From Chrysomallon squamiferum (taxonomy: Eukaryota > Animalia > Mollusca), in contig CM022667.1 of the NCBI GenBank assembly GCA_012295275.1, forward strand, positions 2,604,001-2,668,000: a stretch of 64,000 nt of DNA. The letters run 5' to 3'. Below the pieces are notes generated by a model. It ran no database searches. It saw nothing but the letters and a program-made list of their open reading frames with translations, and had not been told where the DNA came from. The position numbers and the translations under genes were made by a program. This document shows positions 11,885 to 26,089 of the stretch, piece by piece. Numbering within the stretch: position 1 is the first letter of the stretch; every line of letters begins with the position of its first letter.

Positions 11885-14800
11885 ATGTGCAGACGAATCA
11901 TGAAGGAAAACATGGAAGACCTCTTGTCGCCGAACCTCTGGCGTTCGCTGGCTGCCGAGACCTTCGGCACCCTCGTAATCGTCTTCTTGGGGTGCGGGGC
12001 GTGGATCCCGTGGGACAAGCCTAACAAGCCCACCGTCGTTCAGATTTCTCTCACGTTCGGTCTGGCCGTGGGGACGATGGTCTGGTGTTTCACCCACATC
12101 AGCGGCGGCCACCTCAACCCTGCCGTCACGGCGGCAAAGCTGGTGACGCGACACGTGAGCATCGTCCGCGGACTTCTGTACATGGTGGCGCAGGTTCTTG
12201 GAGGGATTTTAGGCGCGGGAATTCTTTACGGACTGACGCCCGAAGGCCTGAGGGCAAGTCTCGGCGCCACCGTCCTCCACAAGTCCGTGTCCCCTGCCCA
12301 GGGGTTTGGGGTGGAGCTCATCGTCACGTTCGTCCTCGTTCTAGCGGTGTTTGCGTCCTCGGATGAGCAGAGAAGAGATCTACGTGGCTCCGCTCCTCTC
12401 ACCATTGGTCTGGCGCTTGTCGTCTGCCACCTGTTCGCGGTAAGTTTATATCTCGTCATTAACAGCGCTGATGTTGTGTGTTGTATATTTTGCACTGTAT
12501 AAATGCACTCGGAATCAATGTTGTAAATGAAAATGAACATTTTTACAAGCATCAGGAAACAGTTAAGAGCATGTGTGTAGCACTGAGAGTTCACGAGAAG
12601 TTTATAGTGCGTAACATAAATTAAAATTTACGTTATTATTAACAGTGTATAACAGTGACCGTTTACGTTATTTATTAACCATTACGTAATATGTTAAACG
12701 TTTACGTTATTATTAACAGTGTACAATACTGAAAGCGTATGTTATCATTGACCATTATTAAAAAATTACACTGTTATTAACTGTGTCTAACATTTACATT
12801 TTACGTTATTTTTAACCGTTATGTAACGTATTAAAAGGCTTACCTTGTTATTAACAGCAGGTAATATCGAATGTTTACGTTATTATGAAAAGTGGTAGAA
12901 TAACGTTTTGTATATGAAGTGGTAATAATTTTCATACTCAGTTACAGAATGTTTTATGACAGAAGCATGGAAAATATTACGCATCGACTAAGCACGTTAA
13001 AAAAAAAAAAAAAATAAAAAAAATTAAAATTGAGGCGGCCTGTATCTTATCATTTGAAAGAAATGTGGTTTAAAAAGCCTGACACAAGTAATAAAAACAT
13101 TCACACAAAACTCACAGTAGTTTAGCAAATAGAAGACGTACAGTGTACTACAAATATTACACGCAGTTAATGGATTAATAAACGCAAAAAGAAAAACCCC
13201 TCCAACATTCATGATAAATAATACTGAAATTTATGGCTGAGATAAGCCTTCGTTCGATACGAGCTTGTTTAAAACCGTCGATCAGTTTTATCTTTTATTC
13301 ATAATTACATAAATCAGACGAAAAACACATCTTCAGTATCTCTGAAGATTGACGTAAAAATATCAAAATGAGAAAATTACTACATAAACGCTGTTCTCAT
13401 TAAAACATTATCTGCAGTCTTATGTTGTCATTCTTTATCTTCATTTAAAATATAAGATAAAACAGTGCCAACAAAAATTTTGCGTCTGCCAGATTTAACA
13501 CCATAAGAAGAGCTGGAGTTCTGAAGAATTAATAAGAAAAGGTTTCACTGAAGACGTTTCTTGAACAAAAGTTGCTTATATGGTCATGCATATATGTCTA
13601 AGACTTGTACAGAGAAGATTGAAGAAATCGCGATAAGAATCGAGAATTCACGTATTAGCACTTTTCACGAATGGACATGTAGCAGTTTTTATAGATAAAG
13701 CCAGTCGTGGGGCCCCGGTAAGGATTGACCCTGCGACCCATCAGCATAAAACCGGTGATAACCCACTCAGTGATAGGGACCGCCCCGCCCCCCCCACCCC
13801 CACTGGTGCATTCGGTTTATAAAGAAAGTTGACATTGAAATTTTTTTTCTTTTTCGAAAGTTTTAATAGAACAGATTAGAAAGATGTTTGAATTTGATTA
13901 CAATTTTCATTTTAATTCTAATAAATTAATAATGATAAAGAATGCAGAAGATGTAAAGAGTAAGTAGCTCTCTCTCTCTCTCTCTCTCTTTTTTTTCGTA
14001 TCAAACGAATGAATGAATGAATAAATAAATTAATAAATAACCATAAATAAATTTCTTTTTACCCTCTGGTATACCCATTCAGTGCCTCTCTACGATTTGT
14101 TGGATATTTATCTCTTTATCTATCTTGACATCCACAAGTCCTCATTTAGTGCAACAGCAAAAGTAATAAACATCTGTTGAAAACCATTAAATTTGAGAAC
14201 TACTAATGAATTCCGTTTCAACGAGCCGAGTTTTTATCAAAATAGCCCCATATAGCTTACTTGGGAGTCAGAAACTGGTTTATCTCAAACTTAATTATGA
14301 CGTCACTTGAACTTTGACTTCCGATCTTTAAGCATGTTATTAAAGAAAAAAAAAAAAAATGTGCAGTTTTAACTTTTATTACCTTTGCTCGAGAAAGGTT
14401 GAAAATAAATGATTGAATTATGTGGGCCTATATGTTTAATGTAATAATAATAGTAATAATATCGTATGTGCAAAATAAAATAGGAAGATACTGTACAAAG
14501 AATGTGTCTGCATTATGAATACATTCAGAATAAAATACCATTCGAATATGTTATAGTAAATTAGCATTTCAACTGGTTTAAATTACAGCGATAAGTGAAA
14601 TACAGGAGCAGCAGCAGCTATAAAACTGTGAATTTTATTTAGCAATAATTTTACCAACAGCAATGTCCAAGAATAGTGGTGCTCCTTATAGATCTAGTAA
14701 CAGTAGTAATGGCCGTAGGTGTTGACGTAATAGTCATAGAAACAGTAGTGGTAGTGGTAATTACAGTGTAACAGCAGCAGTAGAAGCGGTAGCAGAAGTA

Positions 14801-16351
14801 GTATTGAGAGTAGTTGTAGTGTAGCTAAAGTAGTAACAGTAGTAGTTGAAGTAGCAGCAGCAGCAGTAGTACTAGAAGGAATAGCAAACGCATCATTAGT
14901 GGCTTTAGTAGTAATTTTTGGTCTTGTTGAGGCAAATTCATGTTACTATGAATTTTTAAAGAACGTTTCGCCGACTTGAATGAGTCAGCTTTTAATGGTG
15001 GGAAATAAAATTAATTATAATAGGCGCAATAGTAGTTCCGGTTTGCGGCCCACCTGTGGATTTACTAACTATTATAATTATTATTAGGTTACTGATACAG
15101 CAAAAGCGCACAAGTGTAATTTTCTATTTATTTTGGCACATAAACGACGTAGTGCCAAAGGTTAAGCGGCAGATAACATAACCAGTTTCCGGTTGCAAGC
15201 GCGGTGACATTTATATTAATTCCGCGTCCATTTTGTATAATTGCAGTTAATTATAAACTCTGGCACACGTGCGTTTACAAGTCGTTCCTGAATTCAAGAA
15301 TTGTTTTCAGGTTAGACTTTGCTAGCGTGAATAGATGCCAAGAATAATAAATAAGTGAATATATATATATATATAAATATTCATGCAGATGTAATCATAA
15401 TATTTGTACTGAAATTTTTACCTTCCTACATAAATATATAAATAATAAAAGAAAAACTACAAAATCAAATATAAATAATCCTAAATAAATAAATAAATAA
15501 ATAAAGTAAAAGAAAAGAAACAGATAAGAACAATCAAAGAAACAAAAATAGTTGGATAAATAAATAAATAAATAAATAAATAAAATAGAATAAATAAATA
15601 AATAATATGTTGGCTTTCGCTTTGTTTCAGGTGAAGAGAAAAAAAACGAGAAGTTCTCCAAGTATTAAATTCTGAACGTATTTTTAGAATATTTTTAATT
15701 ACATGTTGATACAATTGTTATAACAGACCGTTAAAATAGACCATTCGACTTTATTATTTTTTTTATTCATTTATTTTTATTTATTTTAATATTCTTTATT
15801 TTATTTTATTTATTTTAATATCTTTTATTTTTTATTTTATTTTATTTTATTTTATTTTATTTTTTGTTTTATTTTGTTTTGTTTTGTTTTATTTTATGTT
15901 ATTTTATTTTTCAGATGTTTATTGTATAGATTAAAGCTATTAAACGACAGAACCCAATACCGCGGGGTGTTATTTCAAACAAAATCATGTCTGACTTATG
16001 CTTATTCTGGGCGGTCGTTTCACTTGCTTTTGAACTTGGTGTAAGTTTTGGGCGGGTTTCCGAAATGTTAGCACCTCTTCGAGGTCCACTGACTTTCCTT
16101 GACACGAGTATTTCATTTCTGACAACTTAGTATTTAGTGCTTCTTGTTCGTACAGTTTATTTTCATAATGGCGTGTCTTGTTTTTGTGTGATTTCAACTG
16201 GCAGGTTTTGATGAAAATGCATCACTATTCCTGCGACTTTCTATTCGCTTGATTAACGTCACTTTGTTTTTATATGTTATCAGTTTGTTTACTACAAATG
16301 GGATTTGTTAAAGATTAGCAAATCAAGTGGAAACCTTACTATATTGTTTTT

Positions 16352-16446
<95 letters not shown>

Positions 16447-16836
16447 GGAGTGACTCTATGTTTTGTGTTCTGCCACTCTTACCATTTCTGTCAAGATCAT
16501 CAATACGTCTTGCATAATTACTCTTTTTAATGTTAACTGTTAGATCCTTTACTCTTCTTCTCTCATTAATCTCTCTTCTGCTTCTTTCTTTTTCTCTGAA
16601 TCACCTTTCTCTCTCTTTTTTTTTCTTTCTATTTATCTATGTCTACAGTCCTACCTCTGTATCTCGTCAATGTCTTTCATAATTATTTCCTTCAGAATTA
16701 ACTTGTCAGTCATAATAACGACTCTTTTTTTTTTTCCCAGAATTTCCTGTCATTAACCCGGTCCGTTTTCCCTTTAACTGCCTTCCTTTCAACCCTCTCT
16801 CCTTTAAAACAGAACGTTAATAACAGTATGGTAATG

Positions 16837-16874
<38 letters not shown>

Positions 16875-19800
16875 CGCATATTTGTTTTGTGATCTTTAAG
16901 ATATTTGGTTTTAGTCTTTTCAACAATCATTTGATTCTTCTTAAGCACAGAATTATTATTATTATTATTGATATAGTTAGCAAATATTTAAAAAACCAAA
17001 GTAAAACTCATGTGGGTTTATATCAAATTTATTTATACGTTCTCAGGCGAATTTACTTATTTAACTGTAAACATACAAGTTTACGTTGACGCACGCATGT
17101 GTTTTTGCAGTCAACAAAAAAAACACCAGCTACTGTTGCCGGCCATTCTGATTTCCAAGCAACCGGGTCGGTGTCGCGTCGGTTTCAAATATTTCAGATA
17201 GCAGAAGAATGTTGACCTTTGACCCTTCGTACCTCCCCCCCCCAGGGCACAGCTGGGAGGCAGAAATATGAAGCCGGTGTTTGTGTTAAAGTGAAGCAAA
17301 GCATCTTTGTTTTAGCGCTCTAATCGACAACAATCAGCCTGCACAGAATAAATATACGAAACTGCGGCACGCACCTGGTGTAAACAAGAAATTTGACGAA
17401 ATGTGTAATTGAAAAAAACAACAAAAAAAACCCCCTAGAGAACAGTAGCATTGTACGATTGCCAATCTCAAAGAACGGTTCTTGTCTGCAATCAGACAGT
17501 AGAAGAGTTGTCTGAAGAGAGATAACTACGATCGTGTTTTGCCAGTTATCTGCCGTTCTCGTGCGCCGATACAATACAACAACAGAAAGCGGAGATATCC
17601 GCCGCCGCCATTCATCAACGACGTTCTGTGAAAGAAGACAATTTGTCTCTTGTTCTCTAGCACTCCCGTACACACTTGCGACTTTCGCTTGCACTTTTAA
17701 AACTCTTACTCACCACCGACGTACTCGCCAAGAAAATGTATTCATCATCCACTGATGCTAAAGATAGGACATTTCGATGTTAAGCAGATGTAACATTTAA
17801 AATTATAACCATTTTTAAATCTACATTACAACTCCATTACTGCCACTGTTATTGTTACTCTTTTATTACTACAACTACAAATACTATCTCTACCACTACT
17901 ACTACTACTACTTCCACCACTACTACCTCTTCTACTATTGCTTTTGCTATTAATACTTCTATCGCTACTACTACTACTATTGCTTCTACTACTACTACTA
18001 CTGCTACACTGAAAAGAAGAAGAAGAAACATAATAATAATAAAAAGTAAATAAAACTGATGTCCACATGTGTATATATACTCTGTTATGCTCTAAATGAT
18101 ATTCGAGCTGAACTGGGTTCCAAAGTTACAATTTGATTTACTGACGAAGTGGATATGGCGGCACACATCAGCGATGAGATGGCAATGCCAAGAACTGTGA
18201 ATAGACAAACACTACAGAATTCTTAATTCATATATTGCTTTGAACCCGCCCTTTACCTAAAGTATAATCACTTTTGATAAGACCATACAAGTTAAAGCAG
18301 TAATAGATATTAAATGATATTTTATTATTTATTGGGATGATGAAATTAATTTTCCTTCACACACACACACACACACACATTTATAATTAAGGGTTTCTCT
18401 GTGTGTTTGTGTCTTCACATTTCGCTTCCAAACATAATACTTTCACTGTCTAATGACTGTTTCATTATGTCGGTTATTTATTTATTTTTTTTATTCATTA
18501 TTTATTTACAATATTCATCAGTATTACGTTTCCACAAATATTCTTTTCTTTTCTTTTAGTTATTTATTTATTATTAATTTTTCACATGTTCAATTTTACA
18601 GGTTCCGTTTACGATGTCTGGGCTTAATCCTGCCCGAAGTTTCGGCCCGGCTGTGATAATGGGCGTGTGGGCCAATCATTGGGTAAGTTGAAAACTTGAA
18701 CCTCATTGGACCAATTCAGTACTACGTCATCAGTGTTATTTATACGTTATTAATTATTTCCTGCCTTCATTTTGTTTTAAAGAAAGATGATGATGAACAT
18801 TATGATGATGTTGATGTTAATCAGAAATATATTAAAAGGAATGACAGTTTGTATATGGTGAACGAATGTGCATGCATGTGTTGGCATATATTTATAGGTG
18901 GGTGAGTGCGTATACGTGTATCTCTGTATAGGTGTATCTATGTATGTGTGTGTGTCTGTGTGTGTGTGTCTGCGCGATCGTTTGTGTGTATAGTCCGGGT
19001 GAGAAACATCTATTGCTCAGTTATCATCAGTATAACTTACGAGATTTCCAGATAGTCAACTTTACCCTGTATGAGAAGTAAATTAATTAAAAAAAAAAAA
19101 AAAAATATATTAAGTAAAATTAAAAAAAGAAAAATAGCTCATGGACATCTGCAGCTATGTTTTTTTTTTTTTTTTGTTCTTATCGAAATATAAAAAAATA
19201 ACCATATCTGACATTTTACAAACGTTAGCAGTCTCAAATAATTTGAGATGTCGTTAAACATATAATTATTCATTTTAAGAGGCACAAACGCCGTTTCGTG
19301 TATCACCGGTGATTGTATCATGTAGGTGGATAACGAAATGTGAAAGAAAAGAGAAAACAGGGGTTACTGTTGCTGTCACTGTGTCCCTATCGTTTCATCG
19401 TACATTAATGTTAGGAGGGCTAACTAAACATTTTTTCACATGTGGTTCCAATAAGCCGAGAGACGAATTCGCACCATGAATCTACTCACATTTTACATAA
19501 TTTGAAAAATGTCTTATCGCCTGCTCTGTTTTTCATGTGTTTTATTAAAATCTGATGTCTGAGAATACGCGGTTAGCTTTCAAGCCTGAAGACCCCGTGG
19601 TCTGTCTGTGTGGATGAAGAACAGATGAAGTGGGTCGGGGACAGGAGGTCGGGGGTAAACTTTAAAACTCCGTGGGTGCCATTTTCTAAGTTATATGTAA
19701 ACTGTTTCATTATAACAGTTTCCTGAAGTCGAAAATAAAGAGTAATAAAATATATATTATTTAAGCATAAGGAAATCATTTTACATAATTACATATAAAG

Positions 19801-20158
19801 TAATATGTAAACTGTTTCTACAAAACACATCATAAATAACCGTTTAGAAATATTCATGTTAATTTACTGAAAGTATTCAAATGCTTAACCCTAACCCCCG
19901 TTTTTTTTCTCCATTCCAGACAGTCTCTTTTATAACATGTATAAAACATCGTGATTCTGTTTTTAATGAATGTTTCGATATTTTTCTTCTTTTAATTTTT
20001 GTTTTTTGTTATTTTTATTTTTTACATACTTATTTATTTAATTTTTGAAAGATTTCTTTATAGAAACAATCTCTATTGTATTAACTTAAATATATATTTT
20101 TTTTAAATTTAGACCATTGAAGAATAAAACTAATATAAAACTTAAGAGCCTAAAATTC

Positions 20159-20205
<47 letters not shown>

Positions 20206-20815
20206 TTACCAGAGCGCAACTCTTTCTAAGACCTTTTTAAAATTTTCACTAAGCTGAAGCCACAAGCACGAAATCCATCCCATTTTTAATTTATTTTTAT
20301 TATTATTATTTTTTAAAAAATAATAACACTAATTTGTTGTTTATTTTTTAAATCATTTTTGGCGGATCTAGTACATTTCACTTGAAAACGAAAGATATTT
20401 ATAAATTAGGTCAGAGAAAGAGAAGTCTGTGCAACAAAGGCTGTTTGAATTTTCAGTTTTGAAATAAACTGATTAATAAATATCTTGTATAAACAAAGTC
20501 ACACATTCCCCAAACACAGAACAGAACAGAATGGAACGGAAGTGGTTGTTTATGCAAGGAACAAAATTCTGAATGCTGTTTAGAAACGCAGCAGACGTGT
20601 AACTGGAAGGACACGAGCTCAGCCAATGAAATCGCTCCTTTCTTTAAACACAATCATTACAGACGCTTATCTTTACTGGACATACGTCGGCCAGTTTAAA
20701 GTGAAAAACCAGTAATTGTCATGGAAAATGATTTGTTATTTATTGATAAAGATCGGAAAGAATTCATTTTTCATTCAAAGATAATTCGTGATTAATATAT
20801 ATAAACGCATACACC

Positions 20816-20862
<47 letters not shown>

Positions 20863-22043
20863 ACATTTTGACTGTTAGGAGAATCATTTGTTCTTGCATT
20901 TGTTCACACACACACACACATATATATGTTTAAACAGCTTAGGCTTTGATTCACACTAAAGTGCATTAAAAACCTAAATCACTTTACAAATTGTATTTAA
21001 ATGGAAGCACAAATGATATTTTCAGTGATCAAAATTTTCACAATTTAAAATAAAACAACAGAGGCTAACAGAATTATTAGGTTCTGAAATATAAGAACTG
21101 TATCAAGGTAAGGTCGAATGATACACGATTAAATGATAAAGCCGGGGACTGTAGGTGCAAACGATTACCCACATAGATAAGTGCAACTCGTTCAGACATC
21201 CGAAGATTTACGAATCTGGATGTAGCGGGAGAAGAAGGAGGAGGGGGGAATAAATGCCAGAATGATTAAAGTGCAAATGAATAAAATGTTCATAACGCTT
21301 TTATCTCGGCCAATTATACATATATCAACGGAAATAGATTTGTAAAGCGTAACGCCTGAACGTTCCATTTCGGATAAAAGAACTTCATCAGAAAGGCAGA
21401 TGTTTCTCATTTACCATTTCGTCTGGCATTATCTCTGTACTCAAGTGGTCGGAGTTGGGTTCATGGGTATAAAGTGATGCAAATGGTTCAAATGTGCGTC
21501 AGAGGTCATTATTATCTTGTAAACTTCAAAACCCGACTCTAGATGTGTAATTAGATGACATTGTGCATGTGTATTTTGGTTCGCGCACGCTTGTGTGTGT
21601 CTTTTTACGCGTGCGTTCACACGTATATGAGAAAGAGAGAATGTTAATGAAATGTGTATATGTTGATCACATTTATTTTAAATCTGTTCCATTTTTTTAA
21701 TAGTATACTCCCTGTTTCTTTTGTAAATAGTTGCTTTTTTTTCTTTCGTTATTATTACTTCTTTATGCAGGTATACTGGGTGGGCCCTGTCGTAGGAGGA
21801 ATGGTGGCCGGAGTGTTGTATGAGTACATTTTCTCCGCTGGAGCGACAATCGAAATAGCAAAGAAATGTCTTCTGCGAAGCAAAAAGAAGCCGATGCCGG
21901 AAGACGACGGTGCTCCAATTGTTGTGGTGGAAGATGCTAACAAAACAGAACTCGTTGAGCTGAACGATACGCAGACGGAAGAAAAGGAAGAGAAAACGGA
22001 CGAGAAAGCCAAACTGACAGACGACAACGAAAAAATCGAATAA
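11885..22043 (+). CDS. Classical water-selective aquaporin (MIP family, AQP4/AQP1-like), ~302 aa
   Basis: Exons 11885-12439 (start could instead be 11900 or 11912), 18602-18682 (VPFTMSGLNPARSFGPAVIMGVWANHW) and 21771-22043 (VYWVGPVVGG...), all phase 0, GT-AG. Motifs: AE.FGT, HISGGHLNPAVT, second NPAR, ar/R filter F-H-S-R, acidic C-tail. Confidence 0.95.
12620..12890. repeat. Degenerate minisatellite in aquaporin intron 1
   Basis: Recurrent core tttacgttattattaac(ag/cg)t at ~30-40 bp spacing. Confidence 0.65.
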
Positions 22044-22963
22044 ATAAATACTTTTAAAATTTAAAACGAAAGATAGAGAAAGTACTATGCAGTTTTGAAG
22101 TTTGATAATTATTCACATCATAATGTAATAAGTAATTATTACATTATGTTAAGTTCAATAACGATCAAATAAAAATATCTGGCTCGGTTTTCGTTTTTTT
22201 ATACTATCAGTTAAATATGTTTTATTTCCACCTTGATATAACAGAGAAAGCTTTAAAAGAAAGATAGAAGGAAAATTGTGGAAACTTCTTGCCACTACAT
22301 ATTAAATTACATTTCAGAAATTTGGCAGCAGTATTTTTAATAAATTTCTGATATTTATTAGCACGACAGTATTATACTTTCAAATAAAATTAAATGTAAC
22401 ATTGTTAATATACATTTAAAACTTACATATAATGTATTATATAATTTGCATGCTGGACATTTTTTGTGTTATTTTTGTTGTATATAGATCTACAAGTATT
22501 TAGTATGTTCTGTTTATTGTAATCCCTGTTGCTCAGAAGCTTATATTAGGTTTAATTTGCATTTTAATATTTCGGTTTATGAATATTCTGATAAAACTAT
22601 ACGTAGTAACCTTAGGTTTTTCTACATTGAATGTACTGAAGCAAAAAATAAAAAATAAAAATAAAAATAAATAAATAAATAATAATATTAAATCACTCAC
22701 TCATAGTCATAAGCTGTACTTTTGCCTTTGTTTATAATTAAAAACTTTTGTACTGACATCTCAGGTGATAGTGACTGTAGTAATGGAAAAAAAAAAAAAA
22801 ATATATGTTTAATGTTAAAAACTTACTGTGGGTCTTTTAAAAAAATCATTATTAGTAGCTAGAACAGAAGGCTAAACTCCGTATGTCATATATTTTTGAT
22901 CATGCACCTAATAAGAATTTATATTTTAATTTAAAGAAATTCATTTTTTATTTTATATAGCAG

Positions 22964-23262
22964 TTTATTGTTCCACTTTGGAAATTCTCCACAGTTTACT
23001 TAATTTGTAATTAACTATATTTTTCTTAATAACATTCATAAGTTTGTATGTATAATTTCAACCAAATTGTTACTTGAGTTTTCATTTTCATATTTTTTTA
23101 AATTTTTATTGTTCCACTTTGGAAATACTCCACAGTTTACTTAATTTGTAATTAACTATATTTTTCTTAATAACATTCATAAGTTTATATGTATAATTTC
23201 AACCAAATTGTTATCAATATATTTTACTTGAGTTTTCATTTTCATATTTTTTTAAATTTTTG
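22964..23262. repeat. Direct tandem duplication of ~140 bp between the aquaporin and MAF1 3' ends
   Basis: tttattgttccactttggaaat.ctccacagtttacttaatttgtaattaac...cttgagttttcattttcata occurs at 22964 and 23105, nearly identical apart from a ~14-nt indel. Confidence 0.9.
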
Positions 23263-24654
23263 ATTATAATAATTTCTTTTCACTCAAAATGAAATTATAA
23301 AATTTTAAATAGATTGTCTCATTAATGTTTGTAAACATTTTATTGTTCATCACTGTGAATGCATGTCCACTTTAAGATCTGTAGATTTTTTTCTTTCTAG
23401 AAAAATAGGAATTTACACATGTTTATATAATAAAATCTGACATAGAACATTGTATTTTTCTGTTTTATTTGTAATTTTTTAACCCAGCTAGGATGCAGGA
23501 ATAATAACTGATGGTTAGTTAAACTTTGAAGAAAAGGGAAGGGTTGATAAAAATACATGGTACCAAGTATTAAGAAAACAAGTTGTGGGAAGCAGATGCT
23601 AAAACAATTAATATAGTAATATATCCTTGATAATATAAAATAATATAACTATCTGATATAAGAGGAATTTAACTGTTGTAAAACCAGAGGTTAATATGCA
23701 TTATTTTCTTTTTCCATTTTTGTCAATATTATGTTTTGTACTTCTATAGCAATAGAAAAAAAATCAGTTGTAATAAAAAGATTTGTGAATTCATATTTAC
23801 TTACAGTAGATTGGGAAATGCAAACTGGCTAATTTGAAAATATAAATTTAATAATGGTAAAACTAAATGAGGCAAAAGGTGCAAATGTAACGAAATCGGT
23901 CACGCCCACTAACTAGTAACTCAGTCTGATGTGGCTTTTTGTCGAGATTTCCGGTTATTGGTATCAAAATTGATCATACCAGAATACATTATGAATTAGT
24001 CTATCAATCAAATATGTTGTATGTTAACGGATAGTGATTTAGTGACAAATATGTCTACTGAAGAATGCATAACACAACAATAAAATATATTACAGTTTAT
24101 TAGATTGATCAAGAAGTATATATACAACAAAGTATTTTTACACTGCTGCAAATACAAAACTGAAGAATAGAAAATCAATGTGACATAAATGGAAAAAAAT
24201 GTTTGTTACAGGTAAAAAAGAAAAAGAAAACAAAATTATGGAAGTAATGAATATTAATAAGTAAAAATATAAAATGTGAAAGAGAGCATTAATGAAGTAG
24301 ATGATTTTTATATGTGTATGAAATGTCATCGATTTGTTGTCTGTTTTTGAATAAAACCAGACTACCTCCTGCCATTTTACATGACTGTTCTAAGAACATT
24401 CTTCTCTAATATACAAGACAGATTAGCAATACTCAAAGATAAAAATACAAATGTTATACATGCAGTCATGAAAAACATTTTCAGACAAGTCATTTTTTTT
24501 AATATTCTGCATCTTACTAATGCTGAATTATATTTTCTGACAGTAACACTTTCATATTCATATTCTCAAAACATATTCCTGCAACATAACTAGTTCCACT
24601 GTACGATACTAATAAATCTGTATTCATACAAATTTTGTTATATTTGTATTCCAA

Positions 24655-25080
24655 CAATCCATCTAGTTCAGAACTTTTTCAGAATTCCTACAACACACCT
24701 AGTTCAGTACTTTTGTCTGAATTACAACACATCTATTTCCGTAATTGGTGTCTCAGTTACTACAGCACATCTAGTCTGAATTCCTACAAAACATCAAATT
24801 CAGTCATTTTTGTCTGAATTACAACAGCACATCTAGTTCTGTCCTTTTGTCTGAATTCCTACCACATACTTATTTCTGTGCTTTTTTCTGAATTCCTACA
24901 AGATATCTAGTTATTTTGTTACATCTAACATTCCTACAACATCTAGTTATGCTGTAATATCAAATTATCTAATCCTACATCAGATTAAGTTATCTAGCAC
25001 ATCTAGTCCTTAGTTATATCCAGTAATCTTCCAACACATTCCAATTCCAGTTAAATATCTAGTCCCACAAAAGCATGTAG
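24655..25080. repeat. Degenerate minisatellite
   Basis: Recurrent acatctagtt...ttttgtctgaattcctacaac units. Confidence 0.6.
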
Positions 25081-26054
25081 GACTGTACTTTCTATTTATA
25101 TTCTTATAATACATCTCTACTGTTACATAGATCAATTATTTCCAACTTTTTAAATTACTGATATAGCTCACACAATAGCACCAGTCTAGTTTCTGTTTAT
25201 TTTAAACAGAATGCTTCAATATCAAGTTCAAATTACTGAATATGATTTCTTTTTTAAGCCTGTTTTTGTTATATATCTGTGAACATAGTTCTTGTAAATA
25301 ATTCAGTTAAACTTCTGATTATCTTCTGCTAAGCATATTGAATTACTAATGAAAGTACACTTGCAGTATGTGCATCATGAAGTACATTTTGTATAAATAC
25401 TGTTTTAAATATGAATTAGTTTACTATTATTGTTTTATGTTATTACAATTTCAAAAAGATCCTTATTCATTTGTTTTGTTTCCAATCATTTACACAGATT
25501 AAATTTACAAAGTCTGTTTTAAACAACTGTATTGAAGAAATATCTAATTATTTATGATTCGTTCCTTTTTTTCTTTGTGTCTTAATAACTGCCTTAATAA
25601 CTGAAAAATAAATAAATGAATTTTTGTTGGCTGCCCATGTGCAAAATAATAGGGATGTAAATAAAATAACAAAACTAATAAAGTAATATAGTAAAAATAG
25701 CAGCAAACAGATTAGTGCATTTAGTTTGTGGGATATAAAACTATGCTGAAAAAAAAAAATATAGCTGAAAAGGACAGGTAATGCAGTAAGAAAAAAAAAA
25801 GTAAAATGAATGTGACGTAACAGCAATATTTCAATACAAAACAAATTATGTACAGACAAGGTTATATGTTATACAGTAAGAATTGCTAAGGTGGATAGTG
25901 TACAATCTAATAAAACAGTAAAAATGAAAGCTTTATCAACAGAGTTACAGGGTTATTCTCAATTTAAAATGGAAAAAAGAAAATATAGGAAATCCAATAA
26001 TTTAGTGTTTCATTTTGATTTAAAAACAAATATTTATTTTACAAAAGGTTAGAT

Positions 26055-26089
<35 letters not shown>

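Noticed and set aside
13700-13800. tRNA-like GC-rich stretch on the minus strand
   Set aside because: It cannot be folded into a convincing cloverleaf. At most it is a decayed tRNA-derived SINE head.
17100-17760. GC-richer segment with ORFs in aquaporin intron 1 (possible nested gene or alternative exon)
   Set aside because: No recognisable domain or consistent splice frame, and the aquaporin is complete without it. It may be regulatory, but that cannot be supported from sequence alone.
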